From positions 32,001 through 96,000 of the IMG/VR virus record IMGVR_UViG_3300032135_000003: a stretch of DNA of 64,000 bases, one strand, 5' to 3'. The notes below the pieces were generated by a model. It did no database searches, was not told where the DNA came from, and saw nothing but the letters and a program-made list of their open reading frames with translations. The stretch comes from a virus. Lineage: Duplodnaviria; Caudoviricetes. The position numbers and the translations under genes are program-made. Of the stretch, positions 1-8,315 are shown piece by piece (positions within the stretch are counted from its first letter, which is position 1; each line of letters opens with the position of its first letter).

Positions 1-115
1 CCTGATACCTTCCTCCAGCCACACAAAGGCAGTATATTATGCCGTCATATTCTTTGTACTGTTCAGGTACGTCTTCTATACTTTGTATTGTCTCACCATT
101 ATATTGCCAACTCAT
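1..115 (-). CDS. N-terminal part of a gene running off the window, possibly a GIY-YIG-like nuclease
   Basis: Hand translation from ATG at 115 gives MSWQYNGETIQSIEDVPEQYKEYDGIIYCLCVAGGRYQ, open to the window edge. The W-x-Y-N-G...G-I-I-Y start resembles small phage GIY-YIG-like proteins. Confidence 0.5.
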   Translation of the reverse strand, partial: MSWQYNGETIQSIEDVPEQYKEYDGIIYCLCVAGGRYQ

Positions 116-135
116 TATTGGGGGATGTTTTTGGG

Positions 136-489
136 TTACTTGTTGTATGTTCCTTCTACTTCTCTTTTTAAGCGGTCTATTTGCCTGTGTCTAAGCCAGT
201 GTAAGGCTTCTTCTAACTTGGTTATAACAATAGCGGTTTCTCTGCTTGGAACTAATTTGTTTTTAAGCTTCAAATCATAGATCATAACACTCATCAAATG
301 CTCGTGCAAAGTGCCCACCCTTTTTTCAACATCTACATCATTAATCTTAGAGCCCCTAACAAAGTGTAAAACCTGTGATTCCTCCTCTAACTCAACAATA
401 CCTTTACCGTCTACAACTTCATATACTGGAAGTTCATAAGTTGTACCTTCTTCTACTATGTAGAAATGCTCTTTTAAATCTATATTCAT
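136..489 (-). CDS. tad1: Tad1-like anti-defence nucleotide-sponge protein
   Basis: The C-terminus LHFVRG...GTLHEHL...PSRETAIVITKLEEALHWLRHRQIDRLKREVEGTYNK matches the Tad1 pattern (F-x-x-G, SRE-x-A-x-x-IT-x-LEEAL-x-W-L-x-x-R-x-x-DR-x-x-R-x-V-x-GT). Start set to ATG 489 (MNIDL) to avoid overlap with the upstream gene. Confidence 0.75.
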   Translation of the reverse strand: MNIDLKEHFYIVEEGTTYELPVYEVVDGKGIVELEEESQVLHFVRGSKINDVDVEKRVGTLHEHLMSVMIYDLKLKNKLVPSRETAIVITKLEEALHWLRHRQIDRLKREVEGTYNK

Positions 490-499
490 AATTTTTGTT

Positions 500-727
500 T
501 TATTTAATAGCTTCTGTGAAATCCATATAGTATTCCTTTCCAATTTTAAAGAAGCTGGCGGCAGGTACTTCCCCGTGAATTGCTACTTCTAAATTTCCAG
601 ATGGTGTAGCGGTATTGAAGTCTTTATTTTCATCACTTCCATCCATAACTGGCGTCATCCTTACTTTTTTATCCCACTCATTTTCTTCAATGGAATTACA
701 TCTAAACTTTGCTCTTACTGTTTTCAT
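500..727 (-). CDS. Conserved small phage protein of unknown function
   Basis: 75 aa with the VRAKF...ENK.F...TPSG...F..GKEYY.DF pattern of a widespread small phage protein family. In operon with its neighbours. Confidence 0.8.
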   Translation of the reverse strand: MKTVRAKFRCNSIEENEWDKKVRMTPVMDGSDENKDFNTATPSGNLEVAIHGEVPAASFFKIGKEYYMDFTEAIK

Positions 728-748
728 AATTTTTGTTTTAATTGTTTA

Positions 749-994
749 TTATTCTTTTACACAAGACTTTGCTTGCTCGTTATTATTTTCACCATTAATT
801 TTTCTTAAAGCGTCCCATATTTGGAATTGCATATATGCTAACTGACTACAAAGTTTTTCGTGTCCAAAACTTTTTATATAGTCTTTAAGTTCTTCCTCTT
901 GAAAAGACCCCTCTGCTTCTCCAATTTCATAATAAGATACATCGGTATCTGTAACATAACTTACTGTTGCTAATTTTTTTCTTTCTGCTCCCAT
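749..994 (-). CDS. Hypothetical protein
   Basis: 81-aa ORF, co-oriented and tightly packed with its neighbours. Confidence 0.7.
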   Translation of the reverse strand: MGAERKKLATVSYVTDTDVSYYEIGEAEGSFQEEELKDYIKSFGHEKLCSQLAYMQFQIWDALRKINGENNNEQAKSCVKE

Positions 995-1018
995 TGTATT
1001 TATGACTTAATTAGTAAA

Positions 1019-1193
1019 AAAGTTCTTTACCTACTTTCAGTTATAGGATATTATTACCGTCTATCAACTCACACCAAAATTGACGGCAGGATTGGTCACT
1101 TAATAACACATCTTAAATAAACAATAGCTTGTGGTGTACACTCATTTACTCCCCACACAGGGTACTACTATTTATATTAAATCAAAGAACTTT
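1019..1193 (-). ncRNA. Candidate structured intergenic RNA
   Basis: Non-coding gap closed by a 10-bp inverted repeat (AAAGTTCTTT...AAAGAACTTT) with internal hairpins (GTGG/CCAC, CCGTC/GACGG, CCTA/TAGG). Confidence 0.4.
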
Positions 1194-1196
1194 AGT

Positions 1197-1334
1197 CTAC
1201 TCTTCTATTACTTCTATTATAACTTTAATTTTCTTAAGCCCTATAATATAGGAATAATCTGTTCTCCCATTAACAACATCGTCTGATAACAGAAAGTCTA
1301 AATTATTTTTAAATATTTCTTCTATACTTCTCAT
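1197..1334 (-). CDS. Small hypothetical protein (45 aa, not in ORF track)
   Basis: MRSIEEIFKNNLDFLLSDDVVNGRTDYSYIIGLKKIKVIIEVIEE*. It starts just after the stop of 1336..1569. Confidence 0.55.
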   Translation of the reverse strand: MRSIEEIFKNNLDFLLSDDVVNGRTDYSYIIGLKKIKVIIEVIEE

Positions 1335-1335
1335 A

Positions 1336-1569
1336 TTATTTTTTTATTAGTAAGTCTAAAAAGTTCTTTGCCCCGTCATTACATATCTCATGAGTATCAA
1401 GATTGCCAAAATCTATATAAGACCGTGCTTCGGCTTTTCTCATAAATTCGTCATAAATAGACATAGCTATATTTGCTTGCCAAACATAGTAATAACTACC
1501 CTCAGACTTATCTTTTTCAAACTCCTTAGTTAATCTCTCAACCGCTTGTTTAACTGTTATTTCTTCCAT
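1336..1569 (-). CDS. Hypothetical protein
   Basis: 77-aa ORF coupled to the peptidase gene, with the motif YYYVWQANIAMSIYDEF. Confidence 0.8.
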   Translation of the reverse strand: MEEITVKQAVERLTKEFEKDKSEGSYYYVWQANIAMSIYDEFMRKAEARSYIDFGNLDTHEICNDGAKNFLDLLIKK

Positions 1570-1570
1570 G

Positions 1571-2257
1571 TTATTCTTTCTTTAATTCAACCGCAAGTGC
1601 CGCTTCCCCTTGCATGTCTAATAGCTTCTCCATGTCATCAAAACTTATGTAGGCGTATCCATTTCGACCCCAAGATTTGCTCCATGAATTCTTAATTCTA
1701 AACAGCTTCTTTTTAGTATTTATACCACAAAGCAAATATGCGTGTCCTCCCATAGGTTGTCCTGTAGCAGTTATAAGACCATCTTCATTTGGAAAGAACA
1801 TGTCATAAAACCAGTACGTTCCTACTACAACTGGGGCAACAGTCAAAACAGCTAATATAAGTTCATCTATATTTTGAGTCCACCTGTATTCTGATATATA
1901 CCCTTCTCTCTGTAGTATCTTAGCTCCTGCTCTAACTGAGGTTCCATCGTATTGCTCTCCAGGCCAAGAGTCATTCTTTTGACACTCATTATATAACCAA
2001 GTAGGGTTTAAAACAGGCGGTTCTTTGTGGTTCTGGGTAACTGACCCCCCTTCTAACCAGTGCAACCATGCATAAGATACGCATTGGCTTGTGGCTTTTT
2101 GATCTCCCCACCAATCTTGCCCCCAGTAGTATTTAAAATGTCTTTTGGGGGCTTTTACTGGAAGCATTGCTTTCATAGGAAAATTAGCATCCCTTTCATC
2201 TGGGATATAAATTCTTCCTAACTTCTCTTTTAATTTGTCTAAATCTTTTTCTGGCAT
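1571..2257 (-). CDS. Papain-like (C1 family) cysteine peptidase
   Basis: Catalytic motifs DQKATSQCVSYAW (Gln, Cys), GGHAY (His) and IKNSW..SWG.NGY (Asn). Confidence 0.9.
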   Translation of the reverse strand: MPEKDLDKLKEKLGRIYIPDERDANFPMKAMLPVKAPKRHFKYYWGQDWWGDQKATSQCVSYAWLHWLEGGSVTQNHKEPPVLNPTWLYNECQKNDSWPGEQYDGTSVRAGAKILQREGYISEYRWTQNIDELILAVLTVAPVVVGTYWFYDMFFPNEDGLITATGQPMGGHAYLLCGINTKKKLFRIKNSWSKSWGRNGYAYISFDDMEKLLDMQGEAALAVELKKE

Positions 2258-2258
2258 G

Positions 2259-3248
2259 TTATTCTATCATTTTTAAAACTAAACCTTTGATCTCTTCAAA
2301 TAGTTCTGGGTTATCTTTTAGCACTATTACTAGACTTTGTTTTCCTTGGGCAAGGTTAGAACCGTCATAAGCAAACCAAGAACCTTTCTTTTCTATAACA
2401 CCTGTTTCTACCGCTATATCTATAAGCTCTCCAATTTTATCTATACCTTCACCGAAGATTAAATCATAAGTCGCTGTCTTAAAGGGTGTTGCTGTTTTAT
2501 TTTTAATAATTTTTCCTTTTATTGCGGCTCCGATAATTTCTCCTGCTGCATTTTTGATGTTAGGGCTAGCATATAATCTTACTCTTGTAGAACAGGCAAA
2601 TGGAATTGCCTTACCTCCCAAAGTAATGTTTGGGTCCCCCATGAACTTGCCAATATCAATCCTCAACTGGTTAATTAAAATTATAGTGGTCTTGCTTTTA
2701 TTAGCAATAGGTACAATTTTTCTCATTGCTTTCGCACACATGCGAGCAACAAGTCCAATATTATTATCTCCCATTTCTCCTTCAACTTCTTTAGTGGCAA
2801 TTAACCCACCTACAGAATCAAGTATAATAAGATCAACTGCTCCAGTTTTTGATAAAGCCTCTACAATATCCCAAGCTTCCTCCCCGCCATTTGGTTGTGA
2901 AAAAATTAACTTAGAATTATTCACTCCTAAGCTTTCTGCGTACTCCCTGTTATAAGCCGCCTCTACATCTATAAAAGCACAAACTTTATTATCCTTCTGA
3001 GCCTCTGCAATGGTTTCTAATACAAGCGTAGTTTTACCTGTTCCATTTTCTCCCGCAATTTCGTTGATTCTTCCAACAGGCCATCCACCCCCTAGTTTTC
3101 TATCTAGGTCAAATGAGCCTGATTTTAATCTATCTATATCTATTTTGTGGTTTTCATCCATTAAAAATATAGACCCTTTACCAAATCTTTTGTCTATAAA
3201 AGCCAATGCTTCTTTTAATACGTCTTTTTCTTCTTCTTTCTTTGCCAT
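2259..3248 (-). CDS. recA: RecA recombinase
   Basis: IDKRFGKGSI, Walker A GENGTGKTT, AFIDVE, Walker B LIILDSV, INQLR, GGKAIPF and KKGSWFAY. Confidence 0.97.
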   Translation of the reverse strand: MAKKEEEKDVLKEALAFIDKRFGKGSIFLMDENHKIDIDRLKSGSFDLDRKLGGGWPVGRINEIAGENGTGKTTLVLETIAEAQKDNKVCAFIDVEAAYNREYAESLGVNNSKLIFSQPNGGEEAWDIVEALSKTGAVDLIILDSVGGLIATKEVEGEMGDNNIGLVARMCAKAMRKIVPIANKSKTTIILINQLRIDIGKFMGDPNITLGGKAIPFACSTRVRLYASPNIKNAAGEIIGAAIKGKIIKNKTATPFKTATYDLIFGEGIDKIGELIDIAVETGVIEKKGSWFAYDGSNLAQGKQSLVIVLKDNPELFEEIKGLVLKMIE

Positions 3249-3293
3249 AATTTTTTATAATGTAAAGTTAACTTATTAACAACCAAATGTTAA

Positions 3294-3593
3294 TTACTCT
3301 ATTGTAAATAAGGCGTCAGATTGTTTAATTAATCTATAAGTTACTTTATCCATAATATATTCTACACCTGTATGTATTCCTATAACAATAGACTGTCCTT
3401 TTGTTAAGAACATTTTTACATTTGTGCCATCATCTTTAACACCGTCTCCTACAGCAGCTACTTTTACTTCCATAAGTTTATTTCCTGTGTCAACTTCTTT
3501 AGTTAAAATAATACCACTATCGGTGATATCTTCTTTTTTAGCCTCAATGATGACTACTACTCTGTCCTCTAACGGTTTATAACTTTCTTTCAT
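3294..3593 (-). CDS. groES: Co-chaperonin GroES (Cpn10)
   Basis: KPLEDRVVV, mobile loop TDSGIIL and VAAVGDG, 99 aa. Confidence 0.9.
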   Translation of the reverse strand: MKESYKPLEDRVVVIIEAKKEDITDSGIILTKEVDTGNKLMEVKVAAVGDGVKDDGTNVKMFLTKGQSIVIGIHTGVEYIMDKVTYRLIKQSDALFTIE

Positions 3594-3670
3594 ATTTTAT
3601 GGTAATTTTAACATTGCATAGTTAAGACTTATTAGCCTTAATTCCTAATTTTTTCTTAATTATTTACTTC

Positions 3671-3880
3671 TTATTTAGTACTTTGAATTAGGCTATCCAT
3701 TACCCTCATTTTTTCATCATATTTGATATGCCCTTTTAGTTTATAAAGCCTTTCCAAATAATCTAATTCAGCTGTTTTCTTTTTTAATTCCCAAGACCTT
3801 GTGTTATAATCCTTTTCTGCATCCATAACATCACAAGAAGAAAGCAATATAACTGTTACAATCAATAATAATAATTTCAT
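3671..3880 (-). CDS. Small lipoprotein
   Basis: Signal peptide MKLLLLIVTVILLSSC with a lipobox Cys. Confidence 0.75.
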   Translation of the reverse strand: MKLLLLIVTVILLSSCDVMDAEKDYNTRSWELKKKTAELDYLERLYKLKGHIKYDEKMRVMDSLIQSTK

Positions 3881-3890
3881 ATTTTTTATT

Positions 3891-4022
3891 TTAATCTTTC
3901 ATAGAGGTTTTTACTAACTTAATTATCCCATTCACACCAAAAAACAGTGTTATGTATAAGATTGTTGTAAATCCTATAAACCTCCAAAAGCTTCCTAAAA
4001 CGTACTCTAATATTTCTAACAT
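3891..4022 (-). CDS. Small membrane protein (43 aa, not in ORF track)
   Basis: MLEILEYVLGSFWRFIGFTTILYITLFFGVNGIIKLVKTSMKD*. It fills the gap between neighbouring genes. Confidence 0.6.
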   Translation of the reverse strand: MLEILEYVLGSFWRFIGFTTILYITLFFGVNGIIKLVKTSMKD

Positions 4023-4030
4023 ACTTTTTC

Positions 4031-4297
4031 TTAGTTGCTTATAAATACATCTAATGCAATCTCTGTCATAACTAGCTCATAAGCCTGTTTAGTGTCGTCT
4101 AACTCCTGATTTTTTAATACTGTGGATTTTAATACTTCTCCCCGAAAAAGCTCATCATCTTTACCAAAAACAGTATCTCCAACTTCTTTAAACTGGTGTA
4201 GTTTTGCAACTCTATCAGCAATTAATTTATAATAATACTCTTCACTATTCTCAGCGATAATTATCTTTTTTAAATCTTGTTTTGCTTCTTCTAACAT
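4031..4297 (-). CDS. Hypothetical protein
   Basis: 88-aa ORF with an A-rich translation initiation region. Confidence 0.7.
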   Translation of the reverse strand: MLEEAKQDLKKIIIAENSEEYYYKLIADRVAKLHQFKEVGDTVFGKDDELFRGEVLKSTVLKNQELDDTKQAYELVMTEIALDVFISN

Positions 4298-4330
4298 AAT
4301 TAAATTATTTATTTAATAAAGTATAAGTAA

Positions 4331-4427
4331 TGTGAGTGGCTAAGAATCGAACTCAGCTTCCATTTAGCACAATGTGTTTTTCATCATCTCGCTATGCTAA
4401 TGCTATCACCAATCAGCCACACTCACA
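4331..4427 (-). ncRNA. tRNA-like RNA with an enlarged anticodon arm
   Basis: Acceptor stem GTGAGTG/CACTCAC, D arm GCT-GATTGGTGAT-AGC and T arm CTGAG-TTCGATT-CTTAG. The anticodon stem TTAGCA/TGCTAA encloses 25 nt rather than 7. Confidence 0.65.
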
Positions 4428-4431
4428 TTTC

Positions 4432-4773
4432 TTACAGCCCTACTGCTTTTAGTATTAATTTAAATTCTTCTAAACTTTCTGCCCAGCCTTGAAAGACTGT
4501 TTCTTGTGATTGATATCCCCACATATACATATCTATTTTAAATTCTATACCTAATTTATCATTTTCAGGGTAAAGGCTGTTTTCATACACCCTTATCTCA
4601 GCACTAATATTATCTTTATATCCGTGTGGTTTTAAAGCGGTAATCTGAAATTTTTCCTTTTCTTTAGTCCATGTTTTAAAAAAATGTGTACTCGTGCGCC
4701 CATGAGAATAAAATATTGGGTCTCGGTGTAAATATTCTACTATCTCTTTCTGTAATTTATTATAGTATTTCAT
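4432..4773 (-). CDS. Hypothetical protein
   Basis: 113-aa ORF overlapping the upstream gene by 14 nt. Confidence 0.75.
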   Translation of the reverse strand: MKYYNKLQKEIVEYLHRDPIFYSHGRTSTHFFKTWTKEKEKFQITALKPHGYKDNISAEIRVYENSLYPENDKLGIEFKIDMYMWGYQSQETVFQGWAESLEEFKLILKAVGL

Positions 4774-5074
4774 TATTTATTTTTCTAAGGTGTGTGGCGA
4801 TTGCGATAGGCCATTCATCTAAATATTTACATATACTTCCGTCATCAAACTTAACTTCTATATTATTATAATTATAAGGGGGCTCTCCGAAAACAAAGCT
4901 TGTACTATCAATCCATCCCCCACTATCTATATACTCTATTTTATAGTCTTCTGCTAATACTGTGTTAATTGATTCTTCCACTATTTTATTTAGCTCTTCT
5001 GCTAATTTAGAATTACTGCAATCTGGAAACTTTCTATATATCTCTGCTATGTGTGCTGTTTTAATCACTTTCAT
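4760..5074 (-). CDS. Hypothetical protein
   Basis: 104-aa ORF with an ATGA overlap to the upstream gene. Confidence 0.75.
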   Translation of the reverse strand: MKVIKTAHIAEIYRKFPDCSNSKLAEELNKIVEESINTVLAEDYKIEYIDSGGWIDSTSFVFGEPPYNYNNIEVKFDDGSICKYLDEWPIAIATHLRKINNEIL

Positions 5075-5277
5075 TTCTTTAAGATTTGTATTGTTGGTTC
5101 ACTTTCTGTGTCTGATATTGGGTATAACAGTCTATATGTATCGCCATTAATTTTATATTGCTCTTCAAAGATGTGGAGCGAGCTGCTTGTACTACTTGGC
5201 TCTTCTTTAGTAAAATCAATATTGGTTTCTGCATCAATCCACAAAGTCTTAAAATTCTTTTCTATCCAACCTTTCAT
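5071..5277 (-). CDS. Hypothetical protein
   Basis: 68-aa ORF in the same operon. Confidence 0.7.
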   Translation of the reverse strand: MKGWIEKNFKTLWIDAETNIDFTKEEPSSTSSSLHIFEEQYKINGDTYRLLYPISDTESEPTIQILKK

Positions 5278-5416
5278 AATTTGTTCTTGTTAATAACAAT
5301 AAATGCTTCTTTTTGCTCTTTGTAATGCACAATTTTCTAAATTAATGCTTAGTGCGTTGTGCAATTAATCTTATTATATAAACTATTAGTTTATTTATTT
5401 GAATTTATTTAAACTT

Positions 5417-6886
5417 TTAACTTACAGTCCTTGGCAGTTGTAGTTCTATTTCAATATGTTTTTTTAAATTGAGGGTTTTTTGGCTATCAAATCCAAAATT
5501 TTCCAGCATCCAAATAATGTAGTTTTTATCTTCTTTTATAACTTGTTTAACAGACTTTCCATTGTGTTTTCCAAACCAAAAGGTAGGGGTTTTATCAGTT
5601 GCATCATTATTAGGGTTTGCTGCAAGTTCTTCCATTTCCCTAAAAGAGTTCATTAGAGAGTCTTTAGTGGGCTTTATATCGGTCATAATAGGATAGTCAG
5701 AAAGTAACTGCCCAGAGCCATTAAACATACCCCAACCATAGTAAGGTATATCTTCAAAAGTAAGTTCCTCTATTCTACCAAATCTTTGCACATTACCACT
5801 GAAGTCTACTATTATGCAATCCTGACCCTCTGGATGGATTCTTACACCTCTTCCTAACTGTTGGTAAGCTAAGGCTACAGAAGATGTAGGACGACCCGTT
5901 ATAATAGCATCTATCTCTGGGTTATCATATCCAACTCCGAGTACATTTACATTTATTGCAACAGGGATATCTCCATTTGAAAAAGAGTCTACCATAAAGT
6001 CCCTTTCAGATACGGTTAGTTTACTATGGACAATTGCACTGTTAGGAATAGAGCCATATAGAAGTTCTGCCTCAGCAATAGAAGGAACAAAAATCAGTAT
6101 TCTTTTTCTACCTTCTGATTTAAGTCTTTTTACTTCTTCGACAATCTGATCGTTTAGACCATTAGATTTGTAATACTCTTTTTGAGAGTGTTCTGTATAA
6201 TCAGAACCTGCGGTATTTAATTTTAGTTCAGAAGTATCATTGGCAATAACTTTATATCTTAAAGGAGCCCAGTACTTATTATCTACCAGTTCTTTAATCT
6301 GAGTTACATGTGCTATTTCTCTAAATAAAGTTCCAAAAGTCCTGTTAATCATAACAAGTCTTGAACCACTCATTCCTCCTGTTAAAAAAATTGGAGTAGC
6401 AGTTAATCCTAAAACATTAGTTACTTTTAAACTCTTGATAAACTTTCTTATCTGGGAACCTATCTTAGTCTGTAAATGTACCTCATCTATAATAATATGC
6501 TTAAGCCCCATCTTACGAAGAGCTTCAATTTCTTTCTTTATAGAACCGATAGTTGCAAAGGTAACTTTAGAAACCTCATCACACCTTTTGAACTCACCAT
6601 CAATTTTAGTATAGTTATTACCATTTAGAGTTTTGGTTTTTAAAGAGGCGCAATAAATAGATGCTTCTCCCCCACAAGAAATGTATTTATGGTAATTTTG
6701 TTTAAGAAGCTCTTTAGAGGGTTGTAGTACAAGAACAGGTACAGTTAGTTGTTCTACTATCTTGGCTATGTATATACTCTTGCCTCCGCCTGTTGGAGCC
6801 ACTACAATAGCCTTTTTCTTAGGGGCTAGTAGCACCTTTAATCCAGCATCTACTCCTAACTTCTGATAATCTCTAAGTACAAACAT
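5417..6886 (-). CDS. Superfamily 2 (DExH) DNA helicase, RadD/YejH-like
   Basis: LRDYQ, Walker A APTGGGKS, IIIDEVH, GLTATP, motif VI QQLGRGVR and a C-terminal FWFGKHNGK module. Confidence 0.92.
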   Translation of the reverse strand: MFVLRDYQKLGVDAGLKVLLAPKKKAIVVAPTGGGKSIYIAKIVEQLTVPVLVLQPSKELLKQNYHKYISCGGEASIYCASLKTKTLNGNNYTKIDGEFKRCDEVSKVTFATIGSIKKEIEALRKMGLKHIIIDEVHLQTKIGSQIRKFIKSLKVTNVLGLTATPIFLTGGMSGSRLVMINRTFGTLFREIAHVTQIKELVDNKYWAPLRYKVIANDTSELKLNTAGSDYTEHSQKEYYKSNGLNDQIVEEVKRLKSEGRKRILIFVPSIAEAELLYGSIPNSAIVHSKLTVSERDFMVDSFSNGDIPVAINVNVLGVGYDNPEIDAIITGRPTSSVALAYQQLGRGVRIHPEGQDCIIVDFSGNVQRFGRIEELTFEDIPYYGWGMFNGSGQLLSDYPIMTDIKPTKDSLMNSFREMEELAANPNNDATDKTPTFWFGKHNGKSVKQVIKEDKNYIIWMLENFGFDSQKTLNLKKHIEIELQLPRTVS

Positions 6887-6901
6887 ATATTCTAGTTAGC
6901 T

Positions 6902-6933
6902 GTAAAGATACAACTTTAATCTCTAACTACCAA
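6902..6933 (-). promoter_or_regulatory. Bacteroidota-type promoter of the helicase operon
   Basis: Minus strand reads GTTG-N20-TATCTTTA, close to the TTTG-N19-21-TAnnTTTG consensus. Confidence 0.5.
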
Positions 6934-7000
6934 CTAAATATAGAATTATCTTCTATAAAAACAGGCTTTTAAATACTGAAATAGTCCTCAGTGTATAAAG

Positions 7001-7975
7001 TTAAGACCTACTAGTACAAGGTGTAGCGTTTCTTGTGCCTTTTACATCTTCATTAATACACCAAGCTATGAAATCAAAGTCTAAATAAGGCAATGGCTTT
7101 ACTTTATCCTCGGTAGAAGCTGGGATAGGAGTAATAGTTTTCTCCATGGTATAGATTTTATTAATAGGAATCATTAGGGCGGCAGTTTCTTTTACAAGAT
7201 AACCTCGAATATAGGTGTACTTTCCTTGTACAAGTTCATCATTATGTAACTTGAACTGTTTGTATTCAACATAAGACATTTTCTTGATACGATCAAACTG
7301 TCTTTTTGTTTTTAACAACCCTTTTTCTTTAAGCTTGCGCTTCCAATAATCCCCTTTAGATTTGGCATTGGTGGTTGCCCCCCCTTTAAGAATTGCATAA
7401 CCACTATTAGATAAGATAACTTTATCGGTAATTTCAATCTTTTCACCAAATCTCTTAATATAAGACTTACTTGCCTTAAGTTGTTTTAGAGTTTTTGGGT
7501 CTTTTCCTTGTACTAATACTTCTCTCCGATGCCTCTTTTTTCTAATCATGGCTTCTTGCTTTCTTTTAGAAGAATGCAGCCTAACAGATAAACTATTATA
7601 TTGAGTATCTATTATGTTTTTCCCTATTTGTATAGGCACTAATTTATTATGATTATATTTTTCTTTTAATTTATTATTACCTAGTAATACAACATCACCG
7701 TTATTAAACGTGACAAGCCCCTCTTCTATTAAGAAGGGGACATATTTATGTATTGAATTTAAAGAAAGGTTGGTTTTAGCCCGTAACAAAGAGAATCCAC
7801 TAACAGTTTTGTTGTTTTTGGCTTTGTAGGCGTAGTATTTTACATCCTTATTACTGCGGGAAGATTTAATTATGGAGTAGGCGGCAATAAGTTTATCACT
7901 AGAAATACCCTCAGTATTTTCACCTATCTCATAGAGACGGTAATAAAGTTTAGATGGTATCTTTGCTACGTTCAT
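7001..7975 (-). CDS. Basic DNA-binding protein, possibly replication-initiator-like
   Basis: Very Lys/Arg-rich, with a wHTH-like segment (SLLRAKTNLSLNSIHKYVPFLIEEGLV). ATG 7975 (MNVAK) is preferred because ATG 8002 lies inside a terminator stem. Confidence 0.6.
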   Translation of the reverse strand: MNVAKIPSKLYYRLYEIGENTEGISSDKLIAAYSIIKSSRSNKDVKYYAYKAKNNKTVSGFSLLRAKTNLSLNSIHKYVPFLIEEGLVTFNNGDVVLLGNNKLKEKYNHNKLVPIQIGKNIIDTQYNSLSVRLHSSKRKQEAMIRKKRHRREVLVQGKDPKTLKQLKASKSYIKRFGEKIEITDKVILSNSGYAILKGGATTNAKSKGDYWKRKLKEKGLLKTKRQFDRIKKMSYVEYKQFKLHNDELVQGKYTYIRGYLVKETAALMIPINKIYTMEKTITPIPASTEDKVKPLPYLDFDFIAWCINEDVKGTRNATPCTSRS

Positions 7976-7980
7976 AATTA

Positions 7981-8093
7981 AAAATAAAAAACCCTTAGAC
8001 ATTAACGGTAGGATCTAAACTCTACGCTCCGTTGTCTAAGGGTTTACCGTTTTTACACGGTTAGTTTCTTAATTTGATTTAAGAGTTTAGATC
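7981..8093 (-). promoter_or_regulatory. Structured 5' leader (terminator plus competing pairing) upstream of 7001..7975
   Basis: The stem AAACCCTTAGACA/TGTCTAAGGGTTT (8045-7989) is followed by a U-run. The 12-mer at 8082-8093 is the exact complement of 8012-8023 in the loop. Confidence 0.6.
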
Positions 8094-8098
8094 AAGTG

Positions 8099-8129
8099 CA
8101 AATATACAACACTTTGTTAAACTGACAAA
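8099..8129 (-). promoter_or_regulatory. Bacteroidota sigma-A promoter
   Basis: Minus strand TTTG-N19-TATATTTG, a perfect consensus match. Confidence 0.75.
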
Positions 8130-8167
8130 ACAAATAAGTTAAAAATTTATATTTTTATTAACGTTAG

Positions 8168-8238
8168 AGAGCAGAGAGAGAATTGAACTCTCACATTTGG
8201 TTTTGCAGACCGCACCCCTCACCGTCAGGTTTCTGCTC
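8168..8238 (-). tRNA. tRNA-Cys(GCA)
   Basis: Acceptor GAGCAGA/TCTGCTC, anticodon loop CT-GCA-AA, T loop TTCAATT. Confidence 0.85.
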
Positions 8239-8243
8239 ATAAG

Positions 8244-8315
8244 TGGAATGAGTTAGATTTGAACTAACGACCATCTACGCTTCAAGCAGACACTCTACCC
8301 CTGAGTTACCATTCC
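8244..8315 (-). tRNA. tRNA-Phe(GAA)
   Basis: Anticodon stem TCTGC/GTAGA, loop TT-GAA-GC, T loop TTCAAAT, short variable region. Confidence 0.85.

Noticed and set aside
490-543. Longer N-terminus of the Tad1-like ORF given in the track
   Set aside because: It overlaps the upstream gene, and ATG 489 has a typical A-rich context.
2554-3279. Plus-strand ORFs opposite recA, and other short antisense ORFs in the track
   Set aside because: They are antisense shadows of well-supported genes and lack independent signals.
8244-8315. Reading this tRNA as Ser(TGA)
   Set aside because: Only the TT-GAA-GC loop register gives a 5-bp stem, and there is no long variable arm.
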